Shown here: positions 44,033 through 53,518 of the stretch, in pieces
How positions within the stretch are numbered: the stretch's first letter is position 1
How the letters are laid out: every line of letters starts with the position of its first letter
IMG/VR virus record: IMGVR_UViG_3300050122_000130
Coordinates: 1 to 64,000 of that record
Strand: one strand, 5' to 3'
Length of the DNA: 64,000 bases
Source: a virus
Translations under genes and position numbers: made by a program
The notes under the pieces: model-generated
Database searches by the model: none
The model's input: only the letters and a program-made list of their open reading frames with translations
What the model was told of the DNA's origin: nothing

Positions 44033-44866
44033 CTACGAGAAGCCCGGCACGATCGGGATGCTCACACATCGGCAGTTAATCAACTGGCCTGGATGGATGA
44101 ACTCTTTGACCGCAGGGTCATACCATCCTTTGGTGACGTCGTAGGTTTTGCCGTTGTTCTTGACATGCGTCGGGCGCGGGACCTTCCCCCCGCCTGAATG
44201 TCGCCATGTCGCGGTAGTGATGCCGTTCTCAATGAACCGCACGCGCGACATGTTCGCCGTCGCTTTATTGTTCTGATCTTTCGATATCAGCGCCGCACGC
44301 CGCTTCGTCACGCCGTACCGCTTCTCAAGTTGTTTCGAAAGTGTTCCAAGGTCCCGGCCAGCCGATACCGACCGCATCACGAGTCCTTCGACTTCCTGCA
44401 GGTGCTGGCTGGCGATCGATTTGATCAACCCAACATTCTCCGCGGTCGTCGCCTCGACCACGTCCTTCATGGCTTGCGACATCTGAAACCGAACAGAGAA
44501 GCCGCCTTTTCGCAAGATCGAAGCGAGCTGCTGGTCCGTCCGCTTGTGCGCGGCCGTCGCGAAGTATTTCGCCAGTTGCGGTGCCGCCCAATCGAATCTC
44601 TTCAGCCAGCGCTTCTTCAGCAACTCGATCGCTTTCTTGAGCGCGTTTGCCGGCAGGATATCGTCCATCGCCATCGCTGGCGGGTTCTCGCGGTACGCAG
44701 CCTTGATCCAGTAATCGACGGATGCGTTCATTTCCTTGATGAGCCGGTCCAGCTTCTTGCGGTAGGCGACGCTGAGGCCGATGTTCGGATGCACCGGCCG
44801 CAGCTTCTTCGGCTTCGAGGCCTTGGATGCTTGGCCAACTGAAGTCGCGCGAAATATTCCGTGCAT
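44033..44866 (-). CDS. MuF / SPP1 gp7-like head morphogenesis protein
   Basis: ENVGLIKSI..RAALI.KDQNNK..W.HS..R..H..PGQLINCRC. Confidence 0.92.
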   Translation of the reverse strand: MHGIFRATSVGQASKASKPKKLRPVHPNIGLSVAYRKKLDRLIKEMNASVDYWIKAAYRENPPAMAMDDILPANALKKAIELLKKRWLKRFDWAAPQLAKYFATAAHKRTDQQLASILRKGGFSVRFQMSQAMKDVVEATTAENVGLIKSIASQHLQEVEGLVMRSVSAGRDLGTLSKQLEKRYGVTKRRAALISKDQNNKATANMSRVRFIENGITTATWRHSGGGKVPRPTHVKNNGKTYDVTKGWYDPAVKEFIHPGQLINCRCVSIPIVPGFS

Positions 44867-45146
44867 CGAACTTTCCAACGTAGGCCCGAACGAACGACAT
44901 ATCGTCGGGCACGATCGATTGCATTTTTAGCAGCTGGTCGACCATGGATTTGACGTCGGAGTAAATCTCCTCCGGCGTGGCCATGGCCCAGAACTTACCG
45001 CTGCCGTAGAGCGTCACAGCGGTCTTGCTGGGACCGATGGCCATATCCATCCCGTAGACGACATCAACCGGCGCCTTCGGCAGGGCCGGCGCGATCGCCG
45101 CGGCCGCAACGCCCGTCAGAAACGCTCTGCGGTTAAGTTCGGGCAT
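44325..45146 (-). CDS. twin-arginine-leader protein; only the 5' ~95 codons are likely real, the rest overlaps MuF
   Basis: MPELNRRAFLTGVAAAAIA; GGAGG RBS. Confidence 0.45.
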   Translation of the reverse strand: MPELNRRAFLTGVAAAAIAPALPKAPVDVVYGMDMAIGPSKTAVTLYGSGKFWAMATPEEIYSDVKSMVDQLLKMQSIVPDDMSFVRAYVGKFDARNISRDFSWPSIQGLEAEEAAAGASEHRPQRRLPQEAGPAHQGNERIRRLLDQGCVPREPASDGDGRYPAGKRAQESDRVAEEALAEEIRLGGTATGEILRDGRAQADGPAARFDLAKRRLLCSVSDVASHEGRGRGDDRGECWVDQIDRQPAPAGSRRTRDAVGIGWPGPWNTFETT

Positions 45147-45435
45147 CGAGCGCGCGCCTCCCGATCGGCGGGTCACCCATCAATTGCGACGTGACATTCT
45201 CGTGCTCGAGATAACCGTCTCTGCTAGGATCGTATTGCGCGGCAGCGCGGTAATCCGGCTTGTCGACAGCGTACTCTTTCAGCCGATTGTCGACTGAACC
45301 TGCCATGCGCTTGCGGTAACCGCGCATATATTCCTTCATGTATCGATTGTACGATTCTCGATCGGCCCATTTCGACGGCGTGGCACCTTTCGGTCTACCG
45401 CGTGGACGTCCAGTTGGATTGCTCCAATAGCTCAT
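45133..45435 (-). CDS. AT-hook-containing small DNA-binding protein
   Basis: TGRPRGRPK; YN.YMKEYMR.YRKR. Confidence 0.6.
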   Translation of the reverse strand: MSYWSNPTGRPRGRPKGATPSKWADRESYNRYMKEYMRGYRKRMAGSVDNRLKEYAVDKPDYRAAAQYDPSRDGYLEHENVTSQLMGDPPIGRRALDART

Positions 45436-45701
45436 CAGTGCACGCGCCCGCGGCGCTGATGCTCCCACCAGATGAAGCGGTGATAGCCCCACCAAAACGG
45501 ATTGGCGAATGAGTGGCGGACCACGAGCGCACGATTGTCGAGCGGTATGGTGTGTTTGTCATCAACGCAGCCCATACGGCTGTTGCACGATGGATAGATG
45601 CAGTCGTCCCACGGACAGGCGGTCATCATGCAGCCCCATAAGGCCGCACCAGCGGCCGAGCGACGCGCGTGTTGCGCTGCTCAGCCCGATCTAGCGCAGA
45701 A

Positions 45702-45977
45702 TCACTCTTTGCGAAAGGAGGTTCCCGACGTATCGCCGGAGCCCTCCCCGTTTTTTGAGTTCGAACGCTCCAGATCCTTCACTTCCTCGAGCATCGCGTC
45801 GAAGTCGGCCTCGCCGCTATCGAGCGAACCTTCGTGCGCCTCGAAGGCCTGGTTCATCCGAGAGTCGAAGCCCGGCATACGGTCGATCAGCGCCTGCGCG
45901 CGCTCGTCCATCTTCCGCTTGCGCTCGGCCACCATCTGCGCTGCGAGACGCGCCTTGCTGATCGGTGCGTCCGCCAT
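45702..45977 (-). CDS. hypothetical coiled protein
   Basis: GAGG RBS; coherent ORF. Confidence 0.6.
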   Translation of the reverse strand: MADAPISKARLAAQMVAERKRKMDERAQALIDRMPGFDSRMNQAFEAHEGSLDSGEADFDAMLEEVKDLERSNSKNGEGSGDTSGTSFRKE

Positions 45978-45978
45978 A

Positions 45979-46413
45979 TCAGCCTCGTCCCGCTTCGCCG
46001 CTCGATCGATTGTCCGACTCAGATGTAGGTTCAGCAACTGCGACAGCAGCAGCGTTCGCTGCATCGGGCGCGTCCCTCTTGAAGCCGGCCTCTGCGAAGA
46101 TCCTCATCATGGCCTCGGCGCCGAGCGGGTCGCCGATCTTGACCGCTCCGCGAATCAGCGCCGATGACGAATACATGCCGGCGACCACGCCCATGATCTG
46201 CTCCGCGCAATAGTTGCGGTGCTTCTGCTTGTCCTGGACGACGTCGATGCCGGGAAACAAATCGATCACGGTATTGAGCTGGTCGCGCGCGCGCGCCGCG
46301 AGGAAGCGCCCATACCGCAGGCTCACGTCCATCAGCCACGTCTGGTCATCACCGGTGGTGATTTCCTTTTTGATCTCGTCCAGGCGCCGCTGGTAGGCTT
46401 CATGGTTGAACAT
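45979..46413 (-). CDS. hypothetical protein
   Basis: TGATG coupling to the upstream small ORF. Confidence 0.7.
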   Translation of the reverse strand: MFNHEAYQRRLDEIKKEITTGDDQTWLMDVSLRYGRFLAARARDQLNTVIDLFPGIDVVQDKQKHRNYCAEQIMGVVAGMYSSSALIRGAVKIGDPLGAEAMMRIFAEAGFKRDAPDAANAAAVAVAEPTSESDNRSSGEAGRG

Positions 46414-46577
46414 CAGTCGTCGTCTTCCATCTCGACTTCGTTGCCATTGTCGTCGACCACCTTCACCTTGAACGGTGGGTCGTCTTTCTGCACTACAACG
46501 ACTTCGCCGTCCGGTCCAGCACCGATCGGACCCTGCTCGAGCGTCGAGGTATCAATCTTCTTCGGCTCTTTGGACAT
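46413..46577 (-). CDS. 54-aa acidic protein directly after the portal-ART gene (not in the ORF track)
   Basis: MSKEPKKIDTSTLEQGPIG...EVEMEDDD; GAGGA RBS; coupled on both sides. Confidence 0.65.
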   Translation of the reverse strand: MSKEPKKIDTSTLEQGPIGAGPDGEVVVVQKDDPPFKVKVVDDNGNEVEMEDDD

Positions 46578-46578
46578 T

Positions 46579-49500
46579 TCAGACTTCCTCGAGCTCGATG
46601 TGAGTGCCCTTGACGGACTTCACATGAAAGCGGCTGCCCGACTTGAACAGCACCTCAGCCTCACCTGGATGAGACGATAGCTTCTCGATGTCGCGTCCGT
46701 TCTTGCCGTGCACCGTGTAGCTATAATCGCCGGACCACGTTCCCTGGTTCTTGCTAGTTGAGGTGAAGCCACGTTCTTCGATGATGTGCCCGGGAATATA
46801 GGCCTTGAACTGCTCCGGCGTCAGCGACGCTTTGCGGTACGTGGTTTGCGTATACTTCGGCAGCTTCTCAAGCCCGGAATTCAGCGACTTCATGAACTTG
46901 TATTGCGCGACAGTCATCGTGCCACGGCGCAACTCGGAATTCACCTTGCCGTAATGCGAACCACTGTACGCGATGATCGGAACAGCGTCCGCGCCACTGA
47001 TGTGCTTGGACAAGCCTGCCGATTTGACCTTCTTTTCCGCTTGCGCGACGTAGGCCTTGGCAGCATCACCGCCACCAAACAGCGCTTCCATCGCTTCGTA
47101 GTGCGTCTTCAGCTCAGGATCGGCCGCAAACTTCTCGTCGAGCTCCTTCTGCGCTTTAGCCTCTTTTTCGGCCTTCTCGGCAGCGGCTTTCTTCGCGTTC
47201 TCTTCGACCTTCTTCGCCGCGGCCTCAGCCGCAGCTGATTCAGTCTGCTTGACCTTGGCGAGCGTGGCTTTGTAGTCGGCGACCTTCTGGTTCAGCTGCG
47301 CGTCGCTCAGGCCTTCCTTGCCGGCGTACTTCGCATTGAACTCCTTGATCGCAGTGACAGCTTCCGGCTCGGAGCTCGAGATCGGTAGCGTCGTTCCTTT
47401 CTTGGCTTTCTTCAGCTCCTCCGGCGTGGCCTGCGGAACAGTGGGCTTGTCCTGCAACAGGCCCATCTTCTTCATCTGATCCTTCATCGCAGGCTTCATG
47501 TTTTCCGAGAGCTGCTCGGCAAAAGCCGGATTGTACTTGAGCAGGTTTGCAGCGGTATCGGTGTCGTTCTTCTGCAGCGCCTCAGCCACCGCGCCCAGGA
47601 ATTTCGGATAGGTGCCGCCTTCACCCGACATGAACTCAGCCAGCGCGTTCAGCTTCGCTGGCTCAGGCGTCTTTTCTGTAACCGCTGGACCTTCCCACGA
47701 TTTAGCAATTGCAGCTTTTTTCTCCGGAGTCAGAGCAGCAGCTTCCTTCGCTGCCTTCTTCTCGGCATCCGTCATCGGATGGCCCTTATACATCAGCTTG
47801 CCGTTTTCGGTGTACTTCTCCAGCTTCATGCCGAGCGACTTGGCTTGCGCCGGCATCGAAACTGAGGGCCAGCCCATGGTCTCCATGATCTCTTTTGCGG
47901 TTGTGCCCTTCTCGAGGAGATGGCCGATGATCTCCTTTTTCGAGTTGAACTTCGCACCAACGAAGCCCTTGGCTACATCTGCAAGAGCCTTAGCCGCGCT
48001 TGACTTGCCGCTCGCCGGCGTACCGCCGCCCCCTGTGGTCGAGAACTTGCCGTCCTGATCGCGCTTGACCTTGCTCTCGTCGAACTGGCCATCGTCGAAC
48101 GCCCAGACATCGGCCGCGATCTCGGAGGGCTCGATCGCTTCGTCAGCAGCGCCGTCGACTTCCTTGTTGTCGCGCGATCCACTACCGCCTTCGCCGCCAC
48201 CGCCGGCTCCGCCGCCCTGAACCATGCCCTGGTCGGCTGGCGGCTCCGGTAGATCGTCTGGCTCGAGTCCATTGTACGGCGAGTCATCGTCAGCGATGAC
48301 GATCTCACGAACTTCTTCTTGGCCGATAACGCCCATGTCGACGTAAATCTGATGGGTCTCGGCCTCGGTCTTCTTGACCTCAGATTCGCCCTTCTCGTCC
48401 AGGCTCCAGAGCGGTTCGAACTCGAAGCCGATCGAGGGATCGACTTCACCGAACAGATTGAGCTGAATAAAATCAATAATGCGCTTCAGCTTGTCGCGGA
48501 ACAGGTTCTCCTGCATCGCGTGCACAAGATCGTAGAACACCCGAAGCTCCCCCTCGCTCGAGGCGTTCAGGCCCGAAGGCGTGATGCCGAGCAGCACGAT
48601 GAGCGGGATACCCGACACCGATGACATCTGCTCCTGGCTTTGCGCCTGCAGGTGGTCGAGCGTCCCGAGGGGGGTTGAGATGTTGAAGAACTCTTCGGTC
48701 TCCTTGTCCAGCACCATGGCGCCGGCATTGCTGCGCGCCTTGTTGAACAGATCGATGCGGTCAAGCACCTCCTCGCCGCCGCCCTGCAGCAGCGATTGAG
48801 CGTTCGTGTAGACGCCCGAAACAGAGAAGCTTTCGATCAGGTTGGTCACGGCCTGTCGGGTGCGCAGCCAGTTGTCGACATATGGCTTGGCCATCTGCGA
48901 CATCGACAGGCCGCCGAATGCATACGACGGCTTGAGAATGTCCGGCACCGGCCGGCCGACGAACGTCAACAGGCGCGAGACGTGCACCTGCTTCGCCATC
49001 GCGAACCAGACTTGCGGATTGTACCAATCATCCGCCAGCGGGTCATTCGCGTTGTAATTGACGGGGTAGCACCAGATCGGCTCGATATGTTTGATGTTCT
49101 TCAGCGAGCCCTTTTTGAATTGAGCCTTGCTGGTCTCATCGCTTCCATTGCCTAGGTCGCTCTTGAGCTCGTCCGGATCGTCACTGTCGCCGGTGTCAAT
49201 GTAGAGGTGGCTCCGCCCCATCCAGCCATCGAACTCTGCGACGGTCTTGAACTTGCCCCGCAGGTCGAGGCGCTTCATGTCCTCCTCGATCGCCTTCAGC
49301 TTCTTCTGCAAAGCCTCGTTGCGTTTGCGTTGTGCGATCTCCTCCGGAGTGGGCTCGTCGTCTTCCTCGTCGTCATCGGCCACGGCGCCGCCGGCAGGGG
49401 CACCATCCGCATCATCGTCCTCTTCGTCCTCGAGCGGCGCATCGGGCGCTTTGTCGGCGCCAAGGCCTTCATCCGCCTCGTCGGCGTCCTCGTCGCTGGC

Positions 49501-50085
49501 ATCGCTCTCAGGTTCGGCTTCACCGGCAATCGTGAGCCGGATCCACTTCCTGGTCATCTCGGTCGCAAGGCGTTCCGAGATCCGGCGATACTCCGGCCGC
49601 TGGGTCAGCTGCGACAGATACGCGTACCCAAGAAAGCCGATGCCCTCCGAGAAGGCCTCGCCGATCGGGTTCGCGAAATTCCACGCGTTTGTGTACGACT
49701 CGTTGGCCCAGGTCGCGATCGCGCCGTCCAGCGCCATTTCCGGCTCGGCGCCCTGGGGTAGAACGCCCGGAGGTGGCTTGAATGCCTGGAACGGGTTGTA
49801 GAGCGCCGCTCCTTGGCTCTGCGAGGCCCCTGAACGCGTTTTACGTGCGGCCCGCGCCATAACTTCGGAACTTATCTTCATCGGCGCACGGGGCTCGACA
49901 ACGGCCGCATGGTGCTTCTCAAGATCGACAGCTGTGCGCGGTGGCACTTTGTCCGCCGCGGGCGCCGGCTTGGCTGTGGGAGCCGGCGTCGCCGCGACAG
50001 CAGGGGTGTGTCGCATCACACCGAGAACGGCCTCCTTGATGGTTTCTGAAGTCGGCCGCTGCCGCTTATACCGGGTCACCGTCAC
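46579..50085 (-). CDS. portal protein (DUF1073-like) fused to a wHTH-like domain and a C-terminal ADP-ribosyltransferase
   Basis: Portal motifs F.GY.YL.QL.QRPEYR..EMTRKWI and LLGITPSGLNASSEGE; ART R-S-E triad YRK / FTSTS / GEAEVLF. Confidence 0.9.
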   Translation of the reverse strand: MTVTRYKRQRPTSETIKEAVLGVMRHTPAVAATPAPTAKPAPAADKVPPRTAVDLEKHHAAVVEPRAPMKISSEVMARAARKTRSGASQSQGAALYNPFQAFKPPPGVLPQGAEPEMALDGAIATWANESYTNAWNFANPIGEAFSEGIGFLGYAYLSQLTQRPEYRRISERLATEMTRKWIRLTIAGEAEPESDASDEDADEADEGLGADKAPDAPLEDEEDDDADGAPAGGAVADDDEEDDEPTPEEIAQRKRNEALQKKLKAIEEDMKRLDLRGKFKTVAEFDGWMGRSHLYIDTGDSDDPDELKSDLGNGSDETSKAQFKKGSLKNIKHIEPIWCYPVNYNANDPLADDWYNPQVWFAMAKQVHVSRLLTFVGRPVPDILKPSYAFGGLSMSQMAKPYVDNWLRTRQAVTNLIESFSVSGVYTNAQSLLQGGGEEVLDRIDLFNKARSNAGAMVLDKETEEFFNISTPLGTLDHLQAQSQEQMSSVSGIPLIVLLGITPSGLNASSEGELRVFYDLVHAMQENLFRDKLKRIIDFIQLNLFGEVDPSIGFEFEPLWSLDEKGESEVKKTEAETHQIYVDMGVIGQEEVREIVIADDDSPYNGLEPDDLPEPPADQGMVQGGGAGGGGEGGSGSRDNKEVDGAADEAIEPSEIAADVWAFDDGQFDESKVKRDQDGKFSTTGGGGTPASGKSSAAKALADVAKGFVGAKFNSKKEIIGHLLEKGTTAKEIMETMGWPSVSMPAQAKSLGMKLEKYTENGKLMYKGHPMTDAEKKAAKEAAALTPEKKAAIAKSWEGPAVTEKTPEPAKLNALAEFMSGEGGTYPKFLGAVAEALQKNDTDTAANLLKYNPAFAEQLSENMKPAMKDQMKKMGLLQDKPTVPQATPEELKKAKKGTTLPISSSEPEAVTAIKEFNAKYAGKEGLSDAQLNQKVADYKATLAKVKQTESAAAEAAAKKVEENAKKAAAEKAEKEAKAQKELDEKFAADPELKTHYEAMEALFGGGDAAKAYVAQAEKKVKSAGLSKHISGADAVPIIAYSGSHYGKVNSELRRGTMTVAQYKFMKSLNSGLEKLPKYTQTTYRKASLTPEQFKAYIPGHIIEERGFTSTSKNQGTWSGDYSYTVHGKNGRDIEKLSSHPGEAEVLFKSGSRFHVKSVKGTHIELEEV

Positions 50086-52181
50086 CGGCGCATGCCCGCG
50101 GCTTTGGCGATAACCGCCTTGCTGATCTTCATCGGCAGCCTCGCGTGCGTTCGGTGCATGACCGCCAGCGCAAGCGCCATGACGCAGTCGTCGTTGAAGC
50201 CTTCGGGCGCGCTGTTATGCGTGGCAAACCCGGATGCGATGAATGTCTTTGTCGTTGTCCCGAGAGCTACCACTTCGCGGTCGCCAAGGTATTCAACCGA
50301 CTCAATGGCTACTTTCTCATCGGTCCATAGCGCGCCAATTCGATTTGGATCAAACTTGGCTAGAAGTCGCTTCGGTCTAATGAGACCTAGAAATCGCAAC
50401 ACTTCTGCTTGACCGCCCTTCAGACTTAATCCGATTACGTCACGATTGGTGCCGCCACTCCCGCTTTCCGACCAATTAAATTGAAGCTTTGTCAGACAGG
50501 ATCGCACCTCCTGCAGCATAGCGTTATCCCGCTGCGCCATTGAGACTCTGAACGTCGATCCATCTCGACCAATGCGATCCTGCTGCGAAAGAGAGCCTTC
50601 GCCATCGAAGGCACCGGCTAGATAACCAGCCTCATAAGAATTGAGAGATTGTCCCCACTCCTTCGCTACCCTGATTAGCTTATGCGGAACGTGGCGTGGT
50701 GACTTGCTCGAGGATATACCTCGGAGTTGGGAAGTGGTCCGCCACTGCATCGGGCCATTGCTGCTTGCAGTCAGCCAGAGATGTTCCGACGACGAAATAA
50801 ATTCATGACCGTCTTCGAGCGTAATGCGGTGACATGGTCGCATAATTCTATCGGCATCGGTGACGGTCGAAGATCGCCACTTACGGACCTTCTGTCTGCC
50901 GACCGGGTTCTCATCGAATGCGGTAAGACGATCACCGGGACGGAGCGAACCTACGGGCACATAACGAAGGTCGTCGGTAAGAACTGGGGTTTCTGCATCC
51001 ATGCAGTACCTTACACCAGTTCTGGTGTACTCGTACTCGAAGATCTCGAGCTCGCGTTGGATGTTGCCCGCATGATCGTGCGGCAACGCGCCGTCCGGCG
51101 CAGCGGGGAATGCCACATCGCCAGATTGAATGGCGAGTGCGAGACCTTCCATCAAAAGCTGCTTTGACTTCGAACTGAAAATGAACTCTTCGACCTTCGA
51201 ACCTGGTGTCTTCTGCAAGCGCTCCACGATTGGATCGCCGACACCGGTCGCGTCCGCCAGCGTCGGCGTATAACCAATCGACGCTTTTAGGATCGGGATC
51301 TGCTGCTCCCAACTCCCCTGCATGCGGATGAACTTCGTAAGCCGGCCATGCTCATCGAGACCGCAATCGACCGTCCAGTCCTGTTTCTTCGCAAAGTCGA
51401 GACCGTGCACCACCGATGCGCCGACTTGAATGCCGGGCAGATTGGCGCATGCCGCAATCGACTTGAGGCCAAAAGGATTGCCCTGATCGTCTGATGGCTC
51501 AGCGAGATAGAGCTCCTTGAAGACGGCGTCCGGCAGAACTTTCTTTGCGTCCGCGACTTCGTCTGCCTCGAGAACGTGCGCGGCGATCGCATCGATGGCT
51601 GTGATCTTGTGGTAGCCGAAGTTAGGCTCCTCACCCTTCTCAGCCTTGCGTGCGAGCTGATAGAACCAATTTCGCCGGCCTTTGACGTTGCCTATAATCC
51701 GGATCGGACCGCGGGTCGCGGTCAGTGTCGACCGAACGGCAAACCAAGCGTTCTCTTTCGTGCGGCTCGCCTCGTCCATCACCGCGGCATAGACGTCCTC
51801 GCCGTAGAGCGAGTCCGGCTTGTCCGCCGATTTGAACCAGAGCACCGCGCCGTTGATCAGCGTGATGGTCTTGAGCGTTTGGTTCTCGGTGCGCAGCTCT
51901 TGCGGGATGGCGCGCAAGCATCGCCTGAAAGCGATATCGGCCTGTCCTGAGACCGGAGCTACCCACCAGTAATTCCAGCCCTCCTGACCGTGGAACGCTT
52001 GCTCGCTGAACCAAACGATACAGCCCGATGTCTTGCCGGCCTTCGTCGAGGCCTCGATAAACGAATAGCGGCGATCGTCAAAGATCGCATCGAGCTGTTT
52101 CGGATAGAGATACGGTCGCTCGTAATCGAGAAGAAATTCCTCGATATTGGCGACGGCGCCGACGGACGTAGCCTTGGCCAC
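50082..52181 (-). CDS. terL: terminase large subunit with intein
   Basis: Walker A-like ASTKAGKT, VMDEA, GLDFAK..D and DDCVMALALA. Confidence 0.93.
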   Translation of the reverse strand: MAKATSVGAVANIEEFLLDYERPYLYPKQLDAIFDDRRYSFIEASTKAGKTSGCIVWFSEQAFHGQEGWNYWWVAPVSGQADIAFRRCLRAIPQELRTENQTLKTITLINGAVLWFKSADKPDSLYGEDVYAAVMDEASRTKENAWFAVRSTLTATRGPIRIIGNVKGRRNWFYQLARKAEKGEEPNFGYHKITAIDAIAAHVLEADEVADAKKVLPDAVFKELYLAEPSDDQGNPFGLKSIAACANLPGIQVGASVVHGLDFAKKQDWTVDCGLDEHGRLTKFIRMQGSWEQQIPILKASIGYTPTLADATGVGDPIVERLQKTPGSKVEEFIFSSKSKQLLMEGLALAIQSGDVAFPAAPDGALPHDHAGNIQRELEIFEYEYTRTGVRYCMDAETPVLTDDLRYVPVGSLRPGDRLTAFDENPVGRQKVRKWRSSTVTDADRIMRPCHRITLEDGHEFISSSEHLWLTASSNGPMQWRTTSQLRGISSSKSPRHVPHKLIRVAKEWGQSLNSYEAGYLAGAFDGEGSLSQQDRIGRDGSTFRVSMAQRDNAMLQEVRSCLTKLQFNWSESGSGGTNRDVIGLSLKGGQAEVLRFLGLIRPKRLLAKFDPNRIGALWTDEKVAIESVEYLGDREVVALGTTTKTFIASGFATHNSAPEGFNDDCVMALALAVMHRTHARLPMKISKAVIAKAAGMRR
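50214..51005 (-). mobile_element. 264-aa intein with a LAGLIDADG-type endonuclease region
   Basis: Y|CMDAETPVLT ... FIASGFATHN|S; SSEHLW block B; YLAGAFDGEG. Confidence 0.93.
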
Positions 52182-52185
52182 GCGA

Positions 52186-52683
52186 TTAGTTCTTCGCGGT
52201 TGTCGTCACCGACGAATTCGGTTTGACCGTGATGTGTCGCGGGGCCGGCCGGCCCTGGCCGTCGAAGATCGATATCGTGAACTTCCTCTTCAAGGGCCCG
52301 CGCGCCTCCGGCGCCGGCGCAGCCACATGGACAGGAGCAAACTTCGGGCTCTGGAAGTCCGCCAGCTCCGTCGCTGCCTTCAGCGCAAGCTTGGCGTACT
52401 TCTCAAACATCGGTTCGTCTTTGCTCGCAGCCCAGCGCTGCAGATCGTCCGGGCTGATAGGACCACCAGGTGTCGCCGGCGTCGGCTGGAACGCCCCAGC
52501 GATCCCCCCGAACATGTTCATGAACTCCTCGAGCACTTCCCGGCCCAGCTTCTGGCCCGGCCGACCCGCCTGCTCCGCGAGGATGCGCTCAGCGAGTGCG
52601 GCCTTCTCGATCGTGGCCCGATTGGGCTGCCCCTTCTTGCGACCACCGCCGCGGCGCTCGCCTGGCTTCGCTCCTCTTGGCAT
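52186..52683 (-). CDS. terS: terminase small subunit
   Basis: PGERRGGGRKKGQPN.AT..A..LADFQSPK; directly upstream of terL. Confidence 0.7.
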   Translation of the reverse strand: MPRGAKPGERRGGGRKKGQPNRATIEKAALAERILAEQAGRPGQKLGREVLEEFMNMFGGIAGAFQPTPATPGGPISPDDLQRWAASKDEPMFEKYAKLALKAATELADFQSPKFAPVHVAAPAPEARGPLKRKFTISIFDGQGRPAPRHITVKPNSSVTTTAKN

Positions 52684-53443
52684 GAGACCGTCCAAAATTT
52701 GTAGGGATTGTAAACAAGAGCGGCTACGGCTGGTTTCGACGGAACCGGGACGAAGCCTACGCAGGATCCCAATCGGGCGCGACGTATGCGCTTTTGGGGA
52801 ACTGCTGGAGCTGGTGGGCAACCTTATCTTGGCTCAGGCGAATGGAGCAGCCGAGCCACAGGCATTTGATGGGGTCCTGGCAGGTCATGAAGCAGGCCTG
52901 TGGGAAGGCCGGGTGTCCAAGCAGATCGGTGGCGGGGCCTTGGGTGGCACTGGCAGGTGCGGGCGCATGGGCGCTCACCGTAGGGCCGACTGGCATAGGT
53001 TTAAACGATATGGTGGGGTTCCCCCGCCAAGGGGCTCCGCCCCTTTACTGAGTGTTAAGCTTTCTCTGGCAGTTTGTGCACGGTCACGCAATCCCGCGCG
53101 ACGATGATCGAATTAAGCATGGTGCACAAAATGGCCCAAAATATTAAGCGTCTTGCCTGCCTATGCGGCGCGGTCCGATTGGCCTGCGGGTGCTGCCATG
53201 GCACCTGTATGTGTCCGGCTCATAGCCCGGACCGCCGCTTCACTTGCCGCCCTAGCCACGGTCTCGCTGTCGCCGGTCCCCATCAGGATCCCGTCAACAT
53301 ACCAGAGCCACCCGCCCGTCACCCCGCCACGGCCGGCGGCTTCCCGCACGTATAGCTGGTTCGGCCCGGCCGCCATATAGGCGCCGCGCGCCACGCCATG
53401 CGTACGGTCCCAAACAGGCATTCCGCTGGCCTCAAAATAGTTG

Positions 53444-53473
53444 TTGCACGGTGCAGTAAGTTACTATACCGTG
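53444..53473 (+). promoter_or_regulatory. promoter overlapped by an imperfect palindrome (operator-like)
   Basis: TTGCAC-N17-TACCGT; CACGGTGCAGTAA-G-TTACTATACCGTG. Confidence 0.55.
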
Positions 53474-53518
53474 AGTTTAGTGGCGCTCAGGCCACTGGAA
53501 TAGCCCGGAGGGCTCAAA

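Noticed and set aside
44860-44885. Programmed frameshift fusing the twin-arginine ORF to MuF
   Set aside because: It would need a +1 shift, TGGAAAG is not a canonical slippery heptamer, and MuF has its own ATG with a purine-rich upstream sequence.
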